Shown here: one piece after another, positions 25,944 through 32,000 of the stretch
Numbering within the stretch: position 1 is the stretch's first letter
How the letters are laid out: the number at the start of each line of letters is the position of its first letter
NCBI GenBank assembly: GCA_041659405.1
Contig: JBAZYK010000005.1
Location: 61,796-93,795, forward strand
Source of the DNA: Candidatus Altimarinota bacterium
Lineage (GTDB): Bacteria > Patescibacteriota > Gracilibacteria > UBA1369
Reading direction: 5' to 3'
Length of the DNA stretch: 32,000 bases
Made by a program: the position numbers and the translations under genes
Notes under the pieces: generated by a model
Database searches by the model: none
The model's input: only the letters and a program-made list of their open reading frames with translations
Told to the model about the DNA's origin: nothing

Positions 25944-26079
25944 CAAAACCCCTTATGCTATTTACGAGCAACCATTCCGGAAGCCCACATAAGAGGAATT
26001 ACTTGTTCTGGTAATAGTATAGCGTGGACTATACCTTGCGGTCAATATCTATAACATTATGAAATTATATAAATAAATT

Positions 26080-26244
26080 ATGGATACCAATTTAATGCTA
26101 ATATCTCACAATAAAAAATTTGACGAAATAAAAGTTAAATCAGCCTTTACATTGGGTAGACAAGATGTTGTGGATCATCTTGCTGATATCAGCAAAGTGA
26201 TCGTGGGGTGGGTACAATTTGTACCTATCCTTGACGCAAAATGA
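26080..26244 (+). CDS. Possible small protein (54 aa), hypothetical
   Basis: Hand-translated ATG...TGA ORF (MDTNLMLISHNKKFDEIKVKSAFTLGRQDVVDHLADISKVIVGWVQFVPILDAK). It is below the 60-aa cutoff of the ORF track and lies in the otherwise unexplained 319-nt gap 25944-26262. No other support. Confidence 0.25.
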   Translation: MDTNLMLISHNKKFDEIKVKSAFTLGRQDVVDHLADISKVIVGWVQFVPILDAK

Positions 26245-26262
26245 GATGTAAATATGGGCTAG

Positions 26263-26715
26263 ATGGTATTATTTGAATCAATTATGGAATTTAAAAAATT
26301 TAAACCTATGAGTATCTACGATGCCGCCAAGGATGCCGCTAAAATCCTACAGGAAGCAGGAAAAATCAATGAATATCAAAAAATTCTTGATTTGATCGAT
26401 GATTCATTAAACAAAAGGCATAAGATTGATGAGCTCGAAATGGAAAATCGTGAACTCAAAGAAAAGTTGAAGACCAAAGATGCTTATAGCTTCAAAAATA
26501 ACGCTTATTGGCATAAAGAAACTGGCGATGGCCCTTTTTGTTCAAGATGTTTTGATAAGCATAAGGATTTGATTAGGATTATTCCTGATTCTAACAACAG
26601 CAGTTGGGCCAAATGCCCTGAATGTAAAAATAGCGTTAATTACACGGGAAAAGAGGTGAAGCCACGAAGTTACAATGTCTCTGGCGAACATTTTGATCGA
26701 TTTTCAGCTATTTAA
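26263..26715 (+). CDS. Hypothetical coiled-coil protein with a C-terminal CxxC...CxxC zinc ribbon
   Basis: 150 aa. Helical/coiled segment KIDELEMENRELKEKLKTK, then CSRCFDKHKDLIRIIPDSNNSSWAKCPECKN. It ends 8 nt before the next gene. Confidence 0.6.
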   Translation: MVLFESIMEFKKFKPMSIYDAAKDAAKILQEAGKINEYQKILDLIDDSLNKRHKIDELEMENRELKEKLKTKDAYSFKNNAYWHKETGDGPFCSRCFDKHKDLIRIIPDSNNSSWAKCPECKNSVNYTGKEVKPRSYNVSGEHFDRFSAI

Positions 26716-26723
26716 ATTTGTTT

Positions 26724-27398
26724 ATGACAAAAACACCCACACCAAGAAAAACAAGAGATGAATGGCTCAACTTCTGTCAAAGCTATCTATCATTGGCATT
26801 ACTTGCCTGCGATGAAATGCTTGCGAAAAAGTATACAGTTAAATTGATGGATGTGGACATTCCAGCATACAGTGTTCCTTCTTTGTTTTTACCAACTATA
26901 TATAACATCAAACATGGGCTGGAGGTCTTTCTTAAGACATTAAGAATTATCCTTAACGCCCAGTCTAACCCTAAAGAAGGCAAACATAGTAATCTGGAAA
27001 TTTTTACATTATTAAAAAAAGAAATTGATTCTAAACAAATTCAAAGAGTTATTGAATCAGAATGTAAAAAGAAACCGGATGATACAAATCTTAAACTCTT
27101 ACTGAAAGATCTCGCAAATCTAAGCACTTATGTTGATAAAATAGAAAGCTTAGTCATCAAATATGAACACTGTGAAATAATTAAAAACAAAATCCAGACC
27201 GATTTTACGATTATTGATGAGGACAACACAGCTTTTCGCTATCCACAAAATAGCCTTCAAATAAAATTAGACTATCATAAAATTTTAACAAAAATAACTC
27301 CTGAAGATATCCAGGAAATACGGACCGATGCCGAAGCACTTGTAATCAATCTTAACAGTTTAGGGTTCATATTGGATGTTTATAGTCAGTATAAATAA
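26724..27398 (+). CDS. All-alpha protein, HEPN-domain-like (tentative)
   Basis: The layout resembles classical HEPN (PF05168-type) four-helix bundles: EWL...L.LA helix, IKHGLEVFLKTL (cf. the EKALKAL helix), GKHSNLEIF (cf. THDL..L), AFRYP (cf. the RYP motif), then ITPEDIQEIRTDAEAL. No clear Rx4-6H RNase motif is seen. ATG at 26724; the track start 26718 is a TTG. Confidence 0.55.
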   Translation: MTKTPTPRKTRDEWLNFCQSYLSLALLACDEMLAKKYTVKLMDVDIPAYSVPSLFLPTIYNIKHGLEVFLKTLRIILNAQSNPKEGKHSNLEIFTLLKKEIDSKQIQRVIESECKKKPDDTNLKLLLKDLANLSTYVDKIESLVIKYEHCEIIKNKIQTDFTIIDEDNTAFRYPQNSLQIKLDYHKILTKITPEDIQEIRTDAEALVINLNSLGFILDVYSQYK

Positions 27399-27411
27399 TA
27401 TCTTAAAAATC

Positions 27412-27822
27412 ATGCTTACACCGTTAAAAATCACACGAGATAAAGGCGTTGATCTGAAAAGGTTAAATAAGCTTAGAAGGCAAGGCTTAATTAAAATTTA
27501 TGATGTAAAAATTGAAAATGAAACATCTAAGGTACCTGATAAGATCTTGCCTGTCGGAGTTTGGGGACATACAAAATGGGACGAGTGTATATGGGGGGAT
27601 GAGAAGGATAATACCTTTGATAAGACTCTTGAAATTATTGGAAAAGAAAACATCAAGGATGCTATACATTTAGAAGCACATATCCGTAATAAATTTGACT
27701 ATTTTGTTACGAATAATCCAAACGATTTTATTAAAAATGGAAAAAGAGAAAAACTAGAGTTGGAATTTCCTATTTTAAAGATTTTAACAATAGAGGAATT
27801 GGAAAAAATATGTCAGAAATAA
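27412..27822 (+). CDS. Small hypothetical protein with a PIN-like C-terminal half (tentative, possibly degenerate)
   Basis: DAIHLEAHIRNKFDYFVTNNPNDFI resembles the D..HLA.A....D.FvT.D.DF strand-helix-strand of PIN/VapC domains, but has TNN in place of T-x-D. The start is set at ATG 27412 to avoid overlap; the ORF-track start is 27376. Confidence 0.5.
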   Translation: MLTPLKITRDKGVDLKRLNKLRRQGLIKIYDVKIENETSKVPDKILPVGVWGHTKWDECIWGDEKDNTFDKTLEIIGKENIKDAIHLEAHIRNKFDYFVTNNPNDFIKNGKREKLELEFPILKILTIEELEKICQK

Positions 27823-27835
27823 TTTTAAGAAACTT

Positions 27836-28987
27836 ATGAATACTTTGATTCAAAATAAAGATATGCAAAAAACTGTTAAATTTGATCAGCATATAGTTTT
27901 AAACTACGGCTCACCTTTGCCAGCAACAGATAGACTTAAAGGTAATTTCCCTGTTTATGGTTCAAATGGCGTTGTCGGTCATCATGATCAATTTTTAATT
28001 CAAGGACCAGGGATTATTGTTGGGAGAAAGGGAACTATTGGCGCCGTTGTTTGGTCTGAGTCTAGCTTTTGGCCAATTGATACGACTTATTATATTACTG
28101 CTGATGAATCTGTTGATTTACGATGGCTTTATTACAAGTTACAAACTTTAGGATTACAAAAAATGAATATGGCTGGTGGAGTGCCTGGTTTAAATAGAAA
28201 TGAAGTTTATAATTTGAAAATTTCTATTCCTTCAAGACAAGTTCAGCAGAAAATTGCAGAAATTTTGTCAAAAGTTGATGAAGAGATCGAAAAGGTCGAT
28301 CATGCCATAGAAAAAACGGAACAGCTCAAAAATGGCCTGATGCAGGATTTGCTGACGAAAGGCATAGGACACAGCAAATTCAAGAAAACTGAGCTGGGGG
28401 AGATCCCGGAGGAATGGAAAGTTGTAAAATTAAGAGAAAAAACCGTAGGCATTCAATATGGCTTTACTGAGAGCTCTTCAAATCAAAATATTGGACCAAA
28501 GTTTTTACGCATTACAGACATTGTTGATGGAAACGTTAATTGGGATTCGGTGCCTTATTGTGAGTGCCCAGAAGAACAAATTAATAAATATTTATTAAAA
28601 AATGAAGATATTGTATTTGCAAGAACAGGCGCGACTACAGGCAAAAGTTTTTACGTCCAAAATCCACTATTTGCAGTTTTTGCGTCTTATCTTATTAGGG
28701 TTATCTTAGACCAAAAGACAGGTTTTGTTTCAAAATTTGTATATTATTTTTTCCAAAGCGACAAATATTGGAAACAAATTAAATCATCCATATCTGGAAG
28801 CGCACAAGGAGGGTTTAATGCTTCAAAATTGGGTGATTTAAAACTGCCCTTTCCTCCACTTTCTGAACAGTTACAAATATCATCTATTTTATCTTCTATC
28901 GATGATAGAATGGCTATAAGCAAAAAAGTTAAATCAAAACTTGGACAGCTTAAGGAAGGGTTAATGCAAAATCTTTTTAATAACTAA
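27836..28987 (+). CDS. hsdS: Type I restriction-modification system specificity subunit (HsdS), two target-recognition domains
   Basis: Two TRD-like halves (FPVYGSNGVVGHHD...IIVGRKGTIGAV and LRITDI..GNVNW...IVFARTGATTGKSF). Each is followed by a conserved helical spacer (IPSRQVQQKIAEILSKVDEEIE...LKNGLMQDLLTKG and LPFPPLSEQLQISSILSSIDDRM...LKEGLMQNLF). Confidence 0.9.
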   Translation: MNTLIQNKDMQKTVKFDQHIVLNYGSPLPATDRLKGNFPVYGSNGVVGHHDQFLIQGPGIIVGRKGTIGAVVWSESSFWPIDTTYYITADESVDLRWLYYKLQTLGLQKMNMAGGVPGLNRNEVYNLKISIPSRQVQQKIAEILSKVDEEIEKVDHAIEKTEQLKNGLMQDLLTKGIGHSKFKKTELGEIPEEWKVVKLREKTVGIQYGFTESSSNQNIGPKFLRITDIVDGNVNWDSVPYCECPEEQINKYLLKNEDIVFARTGATTGKSFYVQNPLFAVFASYLIRVILDQKTGFVSKFVYYFFQSDKYWKQIKSSISGSAQGGFNASKLGDLKLPFPPLSEQLQISSILSSIDDRMAISKKVKSKLGQLKEGLMQNLFNN

Positions 28988-28993
28988 TGTTAA

Positions 28994-29698
28994 ATGAATT
29001 TGATGACTAAAATTAAATTGCCTTATATAGCTGCCCTTTTCGCATTAATAAGCTTTTTATTTGCTTTGGGTATTTCATATAATAATATTTTTCAAAATTC
29101 CAGTTGGTTTAACACACTCATAAATCCAATTTCTGCAGGAGATAAAAGCTCTATTACTCAAACCTCTTGGACTATTGCGGGATTTTTCCTTGCGGCTTTT
29201 GGATTAAGTGAATTGATAGAAAAGTTAAATCGAAAAATCGCTCCAGGATTCCTGATGGATAGATCTGAGAAAATACTTATAACGTTAAAATTGCCACCTG
29301 CCGTTTTTGATATCAGTTTTAGTGTTGTTAACCGGGGAAATAAATCGTTAAAGCCTGAGGATCATGTCTATTTCCAGTTGTTGATTCCTTCTGAAATATT
29401 TAAGGAGGTACTTTATATTAAATACAATGGTGAAGGTAATTTAATTGGACCACTAAAGAGAGAAAATTCCGTAAAAAATGGATATGTGACTATTGGTGGC
29501 ATCATCAATGATGCCATTCACCCTAAAAGATGTATTGAGCAATTTAAGATTAAAATGTCTTTTTCTAAAATCGGGAAATATAAAATATTATATTTTTTTA
29601 ATACAGAGAATGGTTTTTATCCCAAAAAGTATAATGAAATAAATTTAACAGGTTTAGAGGAATTAGAAATAGATGTTGAAAATCAACTTACTGATTAA
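28994..29698 (+). CDS. Two-TM membrane protein with a C-terminal beta-rich soluble domain, hypothetical
   Basis: 234 aa. Hydrophobic helices YIAALFALISFLFALGISY and WTIAGFFLAAFGLSELI. It starts 6 nt after the hsdS stop and ends 8 nt before the hsdR ATG, so it is almost certainly part of the operon. Confidence 0.6.
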   Translation: MNLMTKIKLPYIAALFALISFLFALGISYNNIFQNSSWFNTLINPISAGDKSSITQTSWTIAGFFLAAFGLSELIEKLNRKIAPGFLMDRSEKILITLKLPPAVFDISFSVVNRGNKSLKPEDHVYFQLLIPSEIFKEVLYIKYNGEGNLIGPLKRENSVKNGYVTIGGIINDAIHPKRCIEQFKIKMSFSKIGKYKILYFFNTENGFYPKKYNEINLTGLEELEIDVENQLTD

Positions 29699-29706
29699 AT
29701 CTCCTT

Positions 29707-32000
29707 ATGCGCTTCAACGAACAATACACTGTCGAAAATTTTATTCTGGATTTCTTTCAGAAGCCTTTGGGTTATGAATATATTCCGCCGCAGAAGTTTG
29801 CCGCTTTTAGGCAGTTTGAAAATGAGTATGTTATTACTCCCCTTTTGCTTGATGCTGTTAAGAAAATCAATAAAATACATGATGATACTGAAGCGCAAAA
29901 TGTTGTCCGTGAGATTAAAAAGATTGATACAAATGAAGGTTTTTTGAATTTGATGCGGAATGGAATTAACCTGAAAGATCCCGCGCAGGCAGGTCGCATG
30001 CGCGATTATTTTGTGGTCGATTTTGAGAATCTAAAAAATAATCATTTTGTGGTTACAAATCAGTTTTATTTTGAGGGAAATGCGGAAAATATTCGTCCGG
30101 ATATTTTGGTGTTTTTGAATGGCTTGCCGATTGCCGATATAGAGGCTAAAAGCCCTACTGCTGCCAATAATGTTAATTATGAAAAGGCCATTGATCAGCT
30201 GAAACGTTACGAGAAAAATGCCTGGAAACTTTTTTTGCCGAACTGTTTTAATGTTGCTACAGATGGCCTTAAAACTGTTTATGGTGCTACATATAGCCCT
30301 AAACAGCACTTTTTACAGTGGCGCGATGATGTATTAGCTCAGTTTTTTGGTGGTGAATTGGAAATGACTTTGGGGGCTCTATTCCATAAAGAAAAACTGC
30401 TGGATATAATCAAGAATTTTATTCTGTTTGAAAAGGAAAAAGAGCGAACCACCAAAAAGATCTGTCGTTATCAACAATATCGGGCAACCAACCTGATTGT
30501 GGATCGCGTAAAAGGCGCCGAAAAGAAGCGTGGGCTTATTTGGCACACCCAGGGCAGCGGCAAGAGCATTACGATGTTTTATACAGCCTGGAAGCTGCGT
30601 TTTGATCAACAACTAAAGAATCCAAAGATTTTTGTTTTGGTGGATCGCATTGATCTTGATGATCAGATTTATCAAACATTTACAAACTGTGGAGGGGAAA
30701 ACGTGGTGCGGGTGACTTCACGCAAGGATTTGGAAAGCAAAATTCGCTCACCGGAACGTGGTATTTTCATTTCAACAATTCAAAAATTCAGCGAGCTTGA
30801 AGACGAAATTAAAAGTCTGGACCACAATACAATTGTCCTTTGCGATGAAGCCCATCGTGATAATGAAGGCGTTGCCGCAATTAACCTGCGTTCGGCGCTA
30901 CAGAATGCTTTCTTTTTTGGGTTTACCGGAACTCCAATTGACAAAAAAACTCTCAATACTCATCGCAATTTTGGTGAAGAGGGCGAGCGTTATTTGGACT
31001 ATTATTCCATTCAGCAAGCGATTGAAGATGGCACAACCCTGCCGGTAACTTTTGAAGCCCGTCTTTCCAAGTTTTTTATTGATGAAGAAAAAATTGATCA
31101 GCAGTTTGAAGAATTTGCCGCTGATTTAAGCGAAGAGCAAAAAACAAAACTTATTCAAAAATATGGCAAAAAAGCTTCATTGGTAAAGCTGGATAAGCGC
31201 ATGGAAGCCATTGCGCAGGACATTGTTGAGCATTATAAGCTTTATGTGGAGCCAAATGGCTTTAAAGCGCAAATTGTTTGCGCAGACCGTGAAGCCTGTG
31301 TGAAATATAAAAAACTTTTGGACAATTTGATTCCCGCAGATTGGTCGGCCATTATTTACTCTGCAGGCGATCCAAACAGTAGCAATGAAAGCGAAGAGGA
31401 GACAAAAAAATACAATACAACCAAGCCGGAAAGAGAAAGAATGATTGAAAATTTTAAAGATCGTGAAAATCCGTTACGATTTTTAATTGTCTGCGACATG
31501 CTTTTGACTGGTTTTGATGCGCCAAATGAACAGGTAATGTATTTGGATAAGCCTTTGCGTGACCATAATTTGCTGCAGGCTATTGCGCGCACAAATCGGG
31601 TTTATCCTAATAAGGGTTGTGGGAAAATTATTGATTATTACGGAATCACCCGTAATTTGTATGCTGCGCTGGATTTTGATGAAAGCATTGTCAGTTCAGC
31701 AATGTTGAATATTGATGAGTTTAAAAAGCGATTTACGGCTGTTTTAGACGAAGTTATGAAGCTATTTAATGGTTTCAACATTGAAGATCCTTCTTTGGGG
31801 AATTTGCGCAGATGTTTGAAGGTTTTTGTTGATAATGCTGAACAGCAAAACTATTTCCGGACGTTATATACAGAATTAAAACAACTTTTTGAAATTTTAT
31901 CTCCTGATCCTTTTTTGAAGGAGCATTTGCGTAAATTTGAATGGTTGACGAGTTTGTTTTTGGCTTTTACTAAAGAATTTGGAGAACAAAATGGTGGCCA
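29707..32000 (+). CDS. hsdR: Type I restriction enzyme R subunit (HsdR), 3'-truncated by the window edge
   Basis: Hand-translated from ATG 29707 (MRFNEQYTVENFILDFF...). Open to the window end, which is why it is absent from the ORF track. N-terminal PD-(D/E)xK nuclease motif RPDILVFLNGLPIADIEAK. Helicase motif I WHTQGSGKSITM, motif II VLCDEAHR, motif III FGFTGTP, and later LIVCDMLLTGFDAP and QAIARTNR. Confidence 0.9.
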   Translation, partial: MRFNEQYTVENFILDFFQKPLGYEYIPPQKFAAFRQFENEYVITPLLLDAVKKINKIHDDTEAQNVVREIKKIDTNEGFLNLMRNGINLKDPAQAGRMRDYFVVDFENLKNNHFVVTNQFYFEGNAENIRPDILVFLNGLPIADIEAKSPTAANNVNYEKAIDQLKRYEKNAWKLFLPNCFNVATDGLKTVYGATYSPKQHFLQWRDDVLAQFFGGELEMTLGALFHKEKLLDIIKNFILFEKEKERTTKKICRYQQYRATNLIVDRVKGAEKKRGLIWHTQGSGKSITMFYTAWKLRFDQQLKNPKIFVLVDRIDLDDQIYQTFTNCGGENVVRVTSRKDLESKIRSPERGIFISTIQKFSELEDEIKSLDHNTIVLCDEAHRDNEGVAAINLRSALQNAFFFGFTGTPIDKKTLNTHRNFGEEGERYLDYYSIQQAIEDGTTLPVTFEARLSKFFIDEEKIDQQFEEFAADLSEEQKTKLIQKYGKKASLVKLDKRMEAIAQDIVEHYKLYVEPNGFKAQIVCADREACVKYKKLLDNLIPADWSAIIYSAGDPNSSNESEEETKKYNTTKPERERMIENFKDRENPLRFLIVCDMLLTGFDAPNEQVMYLDKPLRDHNLLQAIARTNRVYPNKGCGKIIDYYGITRNLYAALDFDESIVSSAMLNIDEFKKRFTAVLDEVMKLFNGFNIEDPSLGNLRRCLKVFVDNAEQQNYFRTLYTELKQLFEILSPDPFLKEHLRKFEWLTSLFLAFTKEFGEQNGG

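Noticed and set aside
26263-26715. The R-x4-H match (RCFDKH) in the zinc-ribbon protein and the R-x6-H match (RTKSGILH) in the DUF3800 protein, considered as HEPN RNase motifs
   Set aside because: Both are most likely chance matches. The first lies inside the CxxC zinc knuckle, and neither sits in a HEPN-like helical context.
29695-31592. Minus-strand ORFs in the track (29695-29898, 29772-29999, 30031-30309, 30379-30612, 31356-31592) and the plus-strand ORF 30758-31048
   Set aside because: They overlap the plus-strand frame starting at ATG 29707, which carries unmistakable HsdR nuclease and helicase motifs. That frame is missing from the track only because it has no stop within the window.
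1-32000. CRISPR arrays, rRNA genes, transposases/integrases, prophage genes and alternative genetic code (UGA recoding)
   Set aside because: No regularly spaced direct repeats, rRNA-like sequence or recombinase motifs were seen. TGA terminates well-conserved proteins at the expected length, for example PolX at 23532-23534, so the standard code fits.

Overview
This window is a compact, AT-rich bacterial chromosomal segment that uses the standard genetic code, since TGA acts as a stop. The gene repertoire (FtsA, ComF, PolX, a Bax-inhibitor-1 protein, many membrane or secreted orphans, weak Shine-Dalgarno signals) suggests a small-genome uncultivated lineage such as CPR/Patescibacteria, but that is inference only.

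Layout, left to right:
1. An orphan coiled-coil protein.
2. A minus-strand aminotransferase / hydroxypyruvate reductase / MOFRL glycerate-2-kinase operon.
3. Two membrane proteins.
4. A minus-strand housekeeping operon: BI-1, yceD, rpmF, nusB, rnc.
5. An orphan gene divergent from ftsA.
6. ftsA plus a 627-aa membrane protein.
7. A cell-surface cluster: a 3xPKD protein, a Gly/Asn-rich secreted protein and a Cys-repeat lipoprotein.
8. tRNA-Val(GAC), comF, a GT4 glycosyltransferase, a protein carrying an FtsZ-tail-like N-terminal peptide, and PolX.
9. From about 23.6 kb to the window end, a type I restriction-modification locus (hsdM, hsdS, hsdR; hsdR is truncated by the window edge).

Two things stand out:
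- **Interrupted type I R-M operon.** Five to six tightly packed, more AT-rich, uncharacterised genes sit inside it: DUF3800, a 54-aa ORF, a zinc-ribbon/coiled-coil protein, a HEPN-like protein and a PIN-like protein between hsdM and hsdS, plus a 2-TM protein between hsdS and hsdR. This is the best candidate for an undescribed defence or abortive-infection module.
- **A family of three co-oriented post-stop-codon hairpins** at 3127-3202, 12862-12945 and 14858-14937. They share an identical 18-nt loop (CAGGGCCCCTACCCCGGA) on 29-33-bp stems whose outer halves differ in sequence but remain complementary.

All functional calls come from motif recognition by eye. No database search was run.
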